NCBI GenBank assembly: GCA_035624085.1
Contig: DASPSE010000411.1
Coordinates: forward strand, 32,233 to 96,232
DNA from: Terriglobales bacterium
Lineage (GTDB): Bacteria; Acidobacteriota; Terriglobia; Terriglobales; Acidobacteriaceae
Direction: 5' to 3'
DNA: 64,000 nt
A program made the position numbers and the translations under genes. This document shows positions 38,255 to 47,196 of the stretch, in pieces (position 1 is the first letter of the stretch; each line of letters starts with the position of its first letter). Under the pieces are notes generated by a model. It did not search any database and was not told the DNA's origin. It saw nothing but the letters and a program-made list of their open reading frames with translations.

Positions 38255-39706
38255 ATGAGGATGCGACTCCATCGCTGCTCCACCTTTCGCCGTGTCGTTG
38301 TAGCCGCAGCATTCTCCACTCTTGGCCCCATCGCTCTCAGCTTACAAGCTGGCGGCCAGTCTGCCATACTAGGGAAACCTTCGGACCAAAAGGAACTGGC
38401 CTGCAATGTGCCCGACGGGTTCAGCGTAGCAGCCGTGGGCGATGTGCTCACGCCGCAGCCATTTTCGATGATAGCCGATCCGCAGTTTCAGCACTCAGCC
38501 GACATTCTGCGCAACGCCGATATTGGTTTCGGCAATTTCGAGGGCAATATCATCGACATCCGCTACTTCAAAGGCTACCCCGCTGGCTCTCTCGATGATG
38601 TGGATATTACCGGCACCCCCGACCTGGCAAAGAGTCTCAAAAGCATGGGTTTCAAAATGATGTCGCACGCCAACAATCACAGCACCGACTGGGGGATTGA
38701 GGGCATGTTCCTGACTGATCGGGCGTTGGATGAAGCGGGAATTGTCCATGCCGGGACCGGCGAGAATCGCGCGGCTGCTCGCGCGGCCCGCTATCTGAAC
38801 ACGCCCAAGGGACGGGTCGGCTTGGTATCCCTCGCCTCCACTGTCGGTCCCAACTCGATGGCATTGGCACCGGTAGGCGAGGCACCGGGGCGGCCGGGTG
38901 TGGATGCTCTCCGGACAACGCGCTACGTGCTGGTAACTGCGGAAATGATGCGGGACTTGCGCAAGATTCGCGACGCACAGCCAAAAGGATCCTCGGGAAG
39001 CTTTGGGGAGAAGGAGAACCCGAATGAGCTTACCATGTTCGGCACGCATTATAGGGTGGGCGAACATACCGGATTGACTTTTGAGATGAATACGGTGGAC
39101 CTCCACGAGATCCTAACGGCGATTCGCCAGGGAAAACTCAACTCAGACTTCGTGATTGTCACAATCCATGCGCACGATCCCGGCAACTGGAGCGAACTGC
39201 CAGCCGATTTCCTCCCCGCGCTGGCGCATGATGCGATCGATGCCGGTGCGGACATGTTCATCGGGCACGGCCCGCACCGCCTGCGTGGGATTGAGATTTA
39301 CAAAGGGAAGCCGATCTTTTACAGTCTCGGAAATCTCATCTATCAGGATCAACTGCAGCAGCCGATGACAGAATCGCTGTACGAGGATCTGAAACTCGAT
39401 CCGCGGCAAACCACCGATGCCGATCTTGGCATGGAATTCGTCGAGCACGACTTTCCTGACGTTGTTTATTACCAAAGCGTGATCGCAGTAAGCGAGTTCC
39501 GGCAGGGACAGGTTTCCGAAATCAAGCTGTATCCCCTGGATCTCGGCTTCACGTCGAGGTTCGCCGATAAAGGGGTGCCGCGACTGGCCTCGCCGGAAGT
39601 GGCCCGAACGATTCTGGAGCGGCTCCAAAGGCTGTCGCATCCCTATGGCACTACTATCAGCATCGAGCAAAACATAGGCGTCGTTCGTATTTCGAATGGG
39701 AGTTAA
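38255..39706 (+). CDS. CapA-family (PGA_cap, metallophosphatase-fold) exported protein
   Basis: GGAGGA RBS before the ATG at 38255, plus a signal peptide. GNFEGNI.., MMSHANNHSTDWGIEGM..T...LDEAGIVHAGTGEN, HAHDPGNW and GHGPHRLRGIEIYKGKPIFYSLGN are typical of CapA/PGA_cap proteins. Confidence 0.8.
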   Translation: MRMRLHRCSTFRRVVVAAAFSTLGPIALSLQAGGQSAILGKPSDQKELACNVPDGFSVAAVGDVLTPQPFSMIADPQFQHSADILRNADIGFGNFEGNIIDIRYFKGYPAGSLDDVDITGTPDLAKSLKSMGFKMMSHANNHSTDWGIEGMFLTDRALDEAGIVHAGTGENRAAARAARYLNTPKGRVGLVSLASTVGPNSMALAPVGEAPGRPGVDALRTTRYVLVTAEMMRDLRKIRDAQPKGSSGSFGEKENPNELTMFGTHYRVGEHTGLTFEMNTVDLHEILTAIRQGKLNSDFVIVTIHAHDPGNWSELPADFLPALAHDAIDAGADMFIGHGPHRLRGIEIYKGKPIFYSLGNLIYQDQLQQPMTESLYEDLKLDPRQTTDADLGMEFVEHDFPDVVYYQSVIAVSEFRQGQVSEIKLYPLDLGFTSRFADKGVPRLASPEVARTILERLQRLSHPYGTTISIEQNIGVVRISNGS

Positions 39707-39829
39707 CGCGCAAAACCCTGTCGAACATGTGTGTACTGGTGCGCGCATTGAGGCCTGTCCGATGACTGGCAGCGTCGCCCAAGTTTTGGTTCCAAGCGCA
39801 TACGACCAAGCGAGGTTGCAAAATCCACT

Positions 39830-41056
39830 ATGAGAAAAACCGCCGTCACATTTCCTGTACTGTTTGTATCTCTCATCTCATGCAGCCCCTTAAGAGGGCA
39901 GGCTGCGCCTGACCGCTACCACCAGAAGCTGCAGCCTGTGCTGGAAAAACTGATCCAGCAGCAGAAGTTGCCGGGCTTTGCGATCGCCGTCGTGGAGAAT
40001 GACCGCGTCGCGTATGCCGCCGGTTTTGGCCTCAAGAACGTTAGCCGCCAGGACGACCCCATCACAACCCGGTCGCTCTTCCACATGTGCTCGATCACTA
40101 AACCTTTCGTCGCCACGTCCATCATGCAGCTTGTCGAGCGCGGCCAGATCGATCTCGACAAGCCGGTCACGACTTACCTGCCATATTCCCGCCTGGCGGA
40201 CGAGCGGTACAAGGTTATCACCGTCCGCCAGATGGTGACTCACACTTCCGGCATGCCCGACGTGGAAGATTACGAGTGGGACAAGCCGCAATACGACGCC
40301 GGCGCCCTGGAGCGGTACGTGCGCAGCCTTGCCGATCTCCGGCTCATCTTCGCGCCTGGCACGCAGTACAAGTACAGCAACATGGCCTTTGAAGTCCTCG
40401 GCGATGTGATTGCGAAGGTCTCAGGCGAATCATTTGAGGATTACGTCCAGCATCACATCCTGACTCCGCTTGGCATGAAGGACAGCACGCTGCTGGTCAA
40501 GCAAGCCGACCCGAAGCTGCTCGCCTGGCCTCACGAACTGGATGCGGCCGGCAAACCGTTTCCCTGCAAGGTATACACCTACAATCGAATGCATTCGCCT
40601 AGCTCCGATCTGCACTCGAATGTGGTGGACATGTCGCGTTGGGCTATCGCCAACTTGAATCGCGGCGAGCTGGATGGCATGAGAATCCTCAAGACATCGA
40701 CCTACGACGTAATGTGGAAATCAGTGGATGACTTCCGGTTGACCGGAGACGTTCCGGCAACCGCAGACGCGCGTATCGGAATTAGCTGGCGTCTGGGCGA
40801 ATATCGCGGGAACAAGATCGTCTGGCACAACGGTTCGGACACCGGTTTCCGTTCCGGATTCGCGATGCTTCCGGACAAGAAGACCGCAGTGGTGTGGGTG
40901 GCCAACGGCGAGTGGCTCCGGGTCGGAGACGAGGTTACTCGCGCAGCTCTGGACACGGCCTTAGGGCTGGAGCCGCAGCCGATTGAAGCGAAGCCCGTTA
41001 CCGCGGAGGCGTTGTCCACCGCCGCTCCGCCCAATTGCCCGAGCCTCGAGGATTGA
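39830..41056 (+). CDS. S12-type serine hydrolase (class-C beta-lactamase / DD-peptidase / D-aminopeptidase family), exported
   Basis: Signal peptide; SxxK motif in FHMCSITKPF; YxN motif in YKYSNMAFEVLG; HTSGMPD. Confidence 0.85.
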   Translation: MRKTAVTFPVLFVSLISCSPLRGQAAPDRYHQKLQPVLEKLIQQQKLPGFAIAVVENDRVAYAAGFGLKNVSRQDDPITTRSLFHMCSITKPFVATSIMQLVERGQIDLDKPVTTYLPYSRLADERYKVITVRQMVTHTSGMPDVEDYEWDKPQYDAGALERYVRSLADLRLIFAPGTQYKYSNMAFEVLGDVIAKVSGESFEDYVQHHILTPLGMKDSTLLVKQADPKLLAWPHELDAAGKPFPCKVYTYNRMHSPSSDLHSNVVDMSRWAIANLNRGELDGMRILKTSTYDVMWKSVDDFRLTGDVPATADARIGISWRLGEYRGNKIVWHNGSDTGFRSGFAMLPDKKTAVVWVANGEWLRVGDEVTRAALDTALGLEPQPIEAKPVTAEALSTAAPPNCPSLED

Positions 41057-41115
41057 ACCAAGTGCCGTCTTCGAAGCGTCCTCAGCAGATGTCGAAATTG
41101 GAAGGAGGAAGAGCC

Positions 41116-42840
41116 ATGACGCATGAACAGCGTAGCCGCAGGGATTTTCTAGGCCTGGCCGGGACGGGAATCGCCGCTGCCATGGGTAATTTCGCCGTCA
41201 CTGGCCAAGCGCAGGGCGCTGATTCCGACCCGGGGAAAGCCGACCTCGTGGTCTTCAACGCCAAAGTCTATACGGTCGACTCTCAGATGCCGAAAGCGCA
41301 GGCCTTTGCCGTCAAGGCCGGCCGATTCATCGCTGTGGGGACCACCGACGACATGAAAGCGTTCATCGGCAAAGGGACCCAAACCTTCGACGCCAAGCAG
41401 ATGACAATCGTGCCCGGCTTCATCGACTGCCACAATCACGCTCCTGGCAACACATTGCTGTACGAAGTTCTTGTCGGCAATCCGTATATTCCCGAGGTTG
41501 TCACTATTGCCAGCATCCTCGATAAGCTCCGCACCAAGGCCAGCCAAACTCCACCCGAGTTCTGGGTGACGGGGTACTACTACGACGACACCAAGGTGAA
41601 GGAAAACCGTCAGCTCAACATCCAGGACCTCGACCAAGTCTCGAAGGATCTGCCGGTCGTCGTCCATCACGAGGGCGGGCACACCGCATACTACAACAGC
41701 AAGGCATTCGAGATGGCCGGTATTAATCGGAACACACCCAATCCTTTTGGCGGAACTTTCGACCACGATGCGAACGGCGATCTGAACGGTCGGGTTACCG
41801 ACAATGCAATGAGGGTGGTCAACAGCGTGGGCAAGCGGCCGACCTATACGCCCGAACAGAAGCTGCAACGCGACCGCGATGGGCTGGCGTTCATCTCCAA
41901 GCAGTACGTCCGCTTCGGATTGACCAGCGTTGTTCACGAAAGTGGCGATCTGTTAGCCCTGCAGCAGGTGCGTGAGCGCGGAGAACTTCTGCACCGGGTG
42001 CAGTACGAATCCAGCGGCGATGTGATCGATTCGCTCATCGCTGCCGGCATCGGAACTGGCTTCGGCGACGAGTGGATCCGCATCGGAGCTACGTCTGAGC
42101 ACACGTGCGACGGCTCTTTCGAAGAGCGGACGATGTCGCGCAGCAGTCCTTATCCCGGCTCCCAACCGCCTTACCACGGCAATGTCACGACGACGCAAAA
42201 TGACCTCAATGCCTGGGTCGAGCGGGTGCACCGAGCGGGGATTGAGGCCAACTGCCACGCGAATGGGGACGTCGCTATCGACATGGTGCTCACGGCATAC
42301 GAGCGCGCACTGCAGCTGATGCCGCGAAACAACGTCCGTCACAAGATCACCCATTGCACGCTACTTAATGATGATCTCGTGCACCGTATCAAGGCGATCG
42401 GCGTCGTTCCCAATGTGTTTACTACGTATCTTTATTGCGATGGCGAGAAATTCCATTTTTATGGCGAAGAGCTCATGAACCGGTGCGTGGCCTTTCGTAC
42501 TTTGCTCGATGCCGGGATTCCGGCGGCGACAGGGACGGACTGCCCTCCGGGACCGTTCGACCCGCGAGTCGGCATTCAAGGTATGGTGACGCGCACAGGC
42601 TGGAATGGAGAGACCTGGGGAGCCAAACAACGGGTCAGCGTAGACGAGGCGCTGCGGGTCAACACGCTCAACGGCGCCTATTATATGCATGAGGAAGTGA
42701 TCAAGGGATCCATCACGCCCGGCAAACTGGCCGACTTCGTCGTACTGGCTGACGATCTCCACACGGTCGATCCGAACAAAATCAAGGATATCGAAATCGT
42801 GCGCACGGTGACAGGCGGCTCGACGGTCTATCCGGTGTGA
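41116..42840 (+). CDS. Amidohydrolase-3 (YtcJ-like) metal-dependent hydrolase, Tat-exported
   Basis: GGAGGA RBS; twin-arginine signal SRRDFLGLAGTGIAAAMG; VPGFIDCHNH metal-binding motif; HANGD..; a C-terminal GSITPGKLADFVVL motif typical of this family. Confidence 0.85.
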   Translation: MTHEQRSRRDFLGLAGTGIAAAMGNFAVTGQAQGADSDPGKADLVVFNAKVYTVDSQMPKAQAFAVKAGRFIAVGTTDDMKAFIGKGTQTFDAKQMTIVPGFIDCHNHAPGNTLLYEVLVGNPYIPEVVTIASILDKLRTKASQTPPEFWVTGYYYDDTKVKENRQLNIQDLDQVSKDLPVVVHHEGGHTAYYNSKAFEMAGINRNTPNPFGGTFDHDANGDLNGRVTDNAMRVVNSVGKRPTYTPEQKLQRDRDGLAFISKQYVRFGLTSVVHESGDLLALQQVRERGELLHRVQYESSGDVIDSLIAAGIGTGFGDEWIRIGATSEHTCDGSFEERTMSRSSPYPGSQPPYHGNVTTTQNDLNAWVERVHRAGIEANCHANGDVAIDMVLTAYERALQLMPRNNVRHKITHCTLLNDDLVHRIKAIGVVPNVFTTYLYCDGEKFHFYGEELMNRCVAFRTLLDAGIPAATGTDCPPGPFDPRVGIQGMVTRTGWNGETWGAKQRVSVDEALRVNTLNGAYYMHEEVIKGSITPGKLADFVVLADDLHTVDPNKIKDIEIVRTVTGGSTVYPV

Positions 42841-42849
42841 CGATTGTCT

Positions 42850-43250
42850 ACGAACCTCTCATGCCACCTGGCTGAAGATGGCCCGGCGCGCATGTGAAGG
42901 ATGCCCCAGCACAGCTGCGACACTCCAGGGCTTGCCCGATGCTCGACATCTACGAGCAATTCGCGCTCGCTATCCCCGGAGATCAGGCGTACCGGTTCAC
43001 AAGGCCCAAGAGCGCAGCTCATAGTTGCTATCACTCTTTCGGAAGGACCATACACGTTCTCGTTTTGGTCTAGAAGAATGACAGCGCGAGTCTGCCCACT
43101 GGGGGCAATTCCGAAAACCGGAAGCGAAATGGAGCGCAGAGGCGTAACGGCCGCAGCGAACCCGGATCCCACAGCACCACAGAACTGCCTTCTCGAGATA
43201 AACTTATGGCTCTGTATCGACACCCCATGGGGAATGTCTCGGGTATTCAC
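42850..43250 (-). pseudogene. N-terminal fragment of a Tat-signal-bearing class-II (HisC-like) aminotransferase, frameshifted and truncated
   Basis: SRRQFCGAVGSGFAAAV (Tat-like), then ILLDQNENVYGPSERVIATM (the LxxNENPxGPS motif of HisC-type aminotransferases). The expected ..ALLGLVNRY.. motif is in another frame. The ORF runs into the 3' end of the convergent amidohydrolase gene after about 130 aa, whereas this family is normally about 360 aa. Confidence 0.55.
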
Positions 43251-43461
43251 GGCCCGACATGTTGCCAGGAAATTTCTCGAAATTATGAAGGGCTTGTTGA
43301 GTTGCTTTCTTTTCAGCTACGCGGTACTAAACCTACGTTCCACTAACATAACGATGTCCGGCCGGCGAGCTATACGAGAAATCACTGGATTCCAGTGTGG
43401 TCCACCTCTGGCAATTCGCTGCTCGTTGAAAATCTTGGTCGTTTGTTGAAATGGAGGCTGT

Positions 43462-44166
43462 GTGCATCTGCTAATCCTAGGGCGCGGAAAAACGGGAACA
43501 GTAGCCGCGGAAGTCGCTCGGGAACGGAAACACGATGTGCGAATTTTGGGTGCAAGCGACAATCCGGATGGCTCTGCGCTCACTGCCGAGAAGCTACGCG
43601 ATGTCGATATGGTGATCGACCTTACGACACCACATGCCGTCACGCATAACATGCATGCATGTATACAAGCTAGAAAGAGTATGGTTGTAGGCACAACCGG
43701 CTGGTACCAGGGACTGCCTTCTATCCGCACTCTCGTCGAAAACAGTGGCACCGGGTTTCTCTGGGGCTCGAATTTCTCCGTGGGAGTAAATCTTTTCTTT
43801 GAGATTGTGCACAAAGCTGCTGATGCATTTCGTTATGGCTATTACGGCGAGATCATTGAACGGCATCATTCACACAAAAAGGACGCACCCTCAGGAACTG
43901 CCATTACAATTCAGAAGCTGATCCACGAAATCTCTGGCCAGGATGTGAAGATTACCTCATTTCGTGAGGGGGACATAGTCGCAATGCATGAACTTAGGCT
44001 CGAGTCGGCAAGTGACACCATTCATATACATCATGATGCCAAGTCGCGCCGCGGGTTTGCTGAGGGGGCGGTTCGAGGCGCGGAATGGTTGGTGGGCAAA
44101 AAGGGTTTTTTCAATTTTAGCGAAATCTGGCAGCAACTGTGCGATCAAGACGCTACACAGGCCTAA
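43462..44166 (+). CDS. dapB: 4-hydroxy-tetrahydrodipicolinate reductase
   Basis: 234 aa. N-terminal Rossmann ILGRGKTGT, VIDLTTPHAV, VVGTTGW, NFSVGVNLF and the diagnostic IIERHHSHKKDAPSGTA. GTG start. Confidence 0.85.
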   Translation: MHLLILGRGKTGTVAAEVARERKHDVRILGASDNPDGSALTAEKLRDVDMVIDLTTPHAVTHNMHACIQARKSMVVGTTGWYQGLPSIRTLVENSGTGFLWGSNFSVGVNLFFEIVHKAADAFRYGYYGEIIERHHSHKKDAPSGTAITIQKLIHEISGQDVKITSFREGDIVAMHELRLESASDTIHIHHDAKSRRGFAEGAVRGAEWLVGKKGFFNFSEIWQQLCDQDATQA

Positions 44167-44421
44167 GCAGATCGGACGCCTGCAGCATTACATTGCTGGG
44201 GCGCGCACTCCAGAGCTTGTTGATTGAGTCTCTGGAATGCGCGAAACCCGCGTCAAACGAAGCGACAAGGACTTCCCAAGACCTGTAGCTTCGTTTGTGA
44301 CAGAAAATGGGAGCGGTTCAATCGGAGACGAAACCAAAGATGCGGCCGCTGAAAGAATGCGATGCCCGTGGGGAAACTGATGTGACGGGCCGCCGTAGAA
44401 GCGTGGCCCAAGCCAACTCGC

Positions 44422-45192
44422 TTACTTTTGCTCGTGGGAGAATGCCCGGAGCGTAACTCCCTTTTGCCGTAGGGTCCGGGCCACTGCCGCAGCAATGTCC
44501 GGAGCTCCCGGAGTGTCGCCGTGAATGCACAGGGTCTGCGCGTTCACCAGCACTTCGCTCCCATCCGAAGCAGTCACTGAGCCTCGTTCCACGATTCTCA
44601 ATGCCTGCCGCTGTGCTTCCTCCGGATTGCAAATCAATGCGTCCTGAAACTTGCGTGAGCGCAAGCTGCCATCAGCTTCGTAGCGCCGGTCGGCAAACGC
44701 TTCGGCAGCCACGGCAAAGCCGGCTTCCCGAAACACCTCGAGCATGGGCGACCCTGCAAAACCCACCAGCGCAACGTCGCGGCTCCAGCGTGCGACACCA
44801 TTGGCAATCGCTGCCGCCAACTCACGATTACGCGCCGCCTGATTGTACAGAGCGCCGTGCGGCTTCACATGTACCACGGGCGTGCCGCACTTGGCAGCAA
44901 CTGCTGCCAGGGTCTGGACCTGTTCGAATACAAATTTGCTCACCGCTTCCACAGGCAAGTTAAGTTCCACCCGGCCAAAATTCGACCGGTCAGGATAACC
45001 CGGGTGCGCCCCGATCGCTAGCTTCCAACGAAGCGCTTGCTCGATGGTCGTCTGCATCGTCCGCTCATCGCCCGCATGACCTCCGCAGGCCACGTTGACC
45101 GACGTCAGCGACGGCATCAGCGCTTCTTGCGTGCCATCCGCAATAGCTTTCGGCAGTTCGCCCATATCGCAGTTCAGATCGAGCTGTTTCAT
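44422..45192 (-). CDS. pxpA: 5-oxoprolinase subunit A (LamB/YcsF family)
   Basis: LDLNCDMGE, SVNVACGGHAGD, GAHPGYPDRSNFGR. AAGGAG RBS before the ATG at 45192. Confidence 0.85.
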   Translation of the reverse strand: MKQLDLNCDMGELPKAIADGTQEALMPSLTSVNVACGGHAGDERTMQTTIEQALRWKLAIGAHPGYPDRSNFGRVELNLPVEAVSKFVFEQVQTLAAVAAKCGTPVVHVKPHGALYNQAARNRELAAAIANGVARWSRDVALVGFAGSPMLEVFREAGFAVAAEAFADRRYEADGSLRSRKFQDALICNPEEAQRQALRIVERGSVTASDGSEVLVNAQTLCIHGDTPGAPDIAAAVARTLRQKGVTLRAFSHEQK

Positions 45193-45199
45193 TCCACGA

Positions 45200-46135
45200 T
45201 CAACTCCTTGGAGGCCAGCAGCGCCTCCTGCTCGCACAACAGGCTTCCCATCCGACCAGTTCAAATCGAATTTCATCGCGCGGGCGAAGTTGTCCCAGAC
45301 TGGGCAGGTCGGCGGAAATCACATTGGCGATCTTTCGGTATCCTCCGGTGGTTTGCTGCTCTACAAACAGGATGATCGGCAATCCTCCGTGCGGCACCTG
45401 AATGGCGCCCAGCGAAACGCCCTCGGTCACCATCTCCCCGGCGAAACTCGTCGGAATGGGCGGGCCCTGTAGGTGTGGGCCCACTAGGCGAAGACCCATT
45501 CTATTCGATTCCTCAGTCACACGATACCTGCTCCCATAGAACAATTGCCGCGACGATTCTGGAAACCAGAGAGCCTGCGGGCCCGGAGTAACGCGTAAGA
45601 TCTGTCGCGGTGCCAGACGCTCCCGCGCTTGCTCGGCCAGCTTTCGTTTCCTAAAGGAGCCTTCCGTGGGCCCGTTGTTGAGCACATCTCCTTTGCGCAG
45701 CGCTCTGCCCTCGAACCCGCCCAACCCGCTCAAGATGTGGGTCGATGCACTGCCCAGAAATGGCTGGACCGCAATTCCACCCTGCACACACAGATAACAA
45801 CGCGCTCCGGAACGCGTATCCCTCACGCGCAAGATCTGACCCGGACTGACCTCAACCGATGTCCACAACTCCACGGGTACTCCGTCCAATGTCGCCCCAA
45901 AATCAGACCCGGTCAGCGCCACGACAGCGCCCTGCGGAAACAAGAACGTTCCGCCCAGCAAGGTCATCTCCAGTGCCGCCGAGGTATCAGGGTTCCCCAG
46001 CAATCGATTTCCCAACCGCAAAGAAACCGGATCAGCCGCGCCCGAAGGTGAGACGCCGATCGGCCCGAACCCTTCTCGTCCCAAGTCCTGCACTGTTGTG
46101 AGCAGGCCCGGCAGCTTTACATGAATTTCCGTCAT
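45200..46135 (-). CDS. pxpC: 5-oxoprolinase subunit C (KipA / allophanate-hydrolase-subunit-2 family)
   Basis: 311 aa. LTTVQDLGREGFGPIGVSPSGAADPVSLRLGNRLLGN, typical of the AHS2/CT_A_B domain. Confidence 0.85.
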   Translation of the reverse strand: MTEIHVKLPGLLTTVQDLGREGFGPIGVSPSGAADPVSLRLGNRLLGNPDTSAALEMTLLGGTFLFPQGAVVALTGSDFGATLDGVPVELWTSVEVSPGQILRVRDTRSGARCYLCVQGGIAVQPFLGSASTHILSGLGGFEGRALRKGDVLNNGPTEGSFRKRKLAEQARERLAPRQILRVTPGPQALWFPESSRQLFYGSRYRVTEESNRMGLRLVGPHLQGPPIPTSFAGEMVTEGVSLGAIQVPHGGLPIILFVEQQTTGGYRKIANVISADLPSLGQLRPRDEIRFELVGWEACCASRRRCWPPRS

Positions 46136-46824
46136 GCCTTGTCCAGTGCCGCGAATCTCTCTCGGGAAATCGGTTGAAACCGGACCCGGTCACCGATCGA
46201 TAGCAGACTCTTCGGGCTTGTGTCACCGCAGTCCGGCCGAAACATTTGCAACGGTGTGCGTCCCAGCAGTCTCCAGCCACCGGGCGTGGCAAACGGATAA
46301 ACCGCGGTTTGGCTACCCGCAATGCCAACACTGCCCGCCGGAACCCTTCGTCGCGGCGTGGTCAGACGCGGAGTTACCAGAGCCGCTGGCAGTTCTCCGA
46401 GGTAAGCAAATCCAGGTACGAACCCGAGGAAATAAACTTCGTACATTGCCGAAGCATGCAGTTCGATAACCTGTGCTGGTGTCATACCATGCATCTCTGC
46501 GACCTCGTTCAAGTCCGGACCGTGCTCTCCGCCGTAGCACACAGGGATCTCTATGTTCCGAGCCTCAGGAAGACACACGGCTTCTAGCCGGTCGAGATAG
46601 GGCCGCAGAATCGCTTCGAGATCGTCGTGTCCAAGCTTCAGCACGTCGAACTTGATCAGCAAGGAGCAATATGCAGGATGAAGATTGCGGATGCCCGCAA
46701 TCGGTTCTGACTCGAGCAACCGCAACAGCTGCATGACATGCTGATGTGCCTCAAGCGTGATGTGTTGGCCGAAGTAAACCAGCAGCGATTGGTCGCTCGC
46801 AGGTTGGAATCGCACGTCACTCAT
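46132..46824 (-). CDS. pxpB: 5-oxoprolinase subunit B (KipI / allophanate-hydrolase-subunit-1 family)
   Basis: 230 aa. FQPASDQSLLVYFG.., NLHPAYCSLLIKFD, FLGFVPGFAYLG. Overlaps pxpC by 4 nt. Confidence 0.85.
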   Translation of the reverse strand: MSDVRFQPASDQSLLVYFGQHITLEAHQHVMQLLRLLESEPIAGIRNLHPAYCSLLIKFDVLKLGHDDLEAILRPYLDRLEAVCLPEARNIEIPVCYGGEHGPDLNEVAEMHGMTPAQVIELHASAMYEVYFLGFVPGFAYLGELPAALVTPRLTTPRRRVPAGSVGIAGSQTAVYPFATPGGWRLLGRTPLQMFRPDCGDTSPKSLLSIGDRVRFQPISRERFAALDKA

Positions 46825-47143
46825 ACGTGCAATTCCTTACTCTTTGTTCTCGGCAACAAGACCGTAGCCAGAATCATGATTACGTACGTGCCCTCGACAA
46901 AGATGGCAATGACATGTCCCCGCGACAGCCGGGCACTCAGGACTCCGACCATGGTTGGAAATGACGCCCCAAGCCGTGGCCAAAGTTGTAGCTGAATCCC
47001 TGGCTAGTGCCGCGTAGTCGTCCGGGAAAACATCGGTTTAGAAGGCAATCAAAGGCCTGAAACGATCCCGAAGCAAAGAAGCCGAGCGGGACGCCGAGCG
47101 CCAGCAATGGCCGCCTCACGCTGTCTTCGTTGAAGTGGACCAC
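46821..47143 (-). pseudogene. C-terminal remnant of an MFS transporter gene, frameshifted
   Basis: ..PLLALGVPLGFFASG..FPGRLRGTSQGFSYNFGHGLG, then after a frame change ASFPTMVGVL..ILATVLLPRTKSKELHV*. This matches the last roughly 100 aa of an MFS permease. Its TGA overlaps the pxpB ATG (ATGA), and nothing upstream of 47143 is left. Confidence 0.6.
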
Positions 47144-47196
47144 ATTCCGACCACCGGTTGCGATTCGTCGCGACTGAGAGCAAGCGCAAGCCTACT

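Noticed and set aside
39731-39736. Single GTGTAC hexamer upstream of the S12 hydrolase gene as an eighth operator copy
   Set aside because: There is no partner hexamer 15 nt away, and only a poor -35 (ATTGAG) 10 nt downstream. It does not meet the geometry shared by the seven counted sites.
44254-44297. 10-bp perfect inverted repeat (CAAACGAAGC .. GCTTCGTTTG) with a 24-nt loop between the convergent dapB and pxpA genes
   Set aside because: It could be a bidirectional terminator or a small structured RNA. The loop is large and neither side is followed by a U-rich tract, so it is left uncalled.
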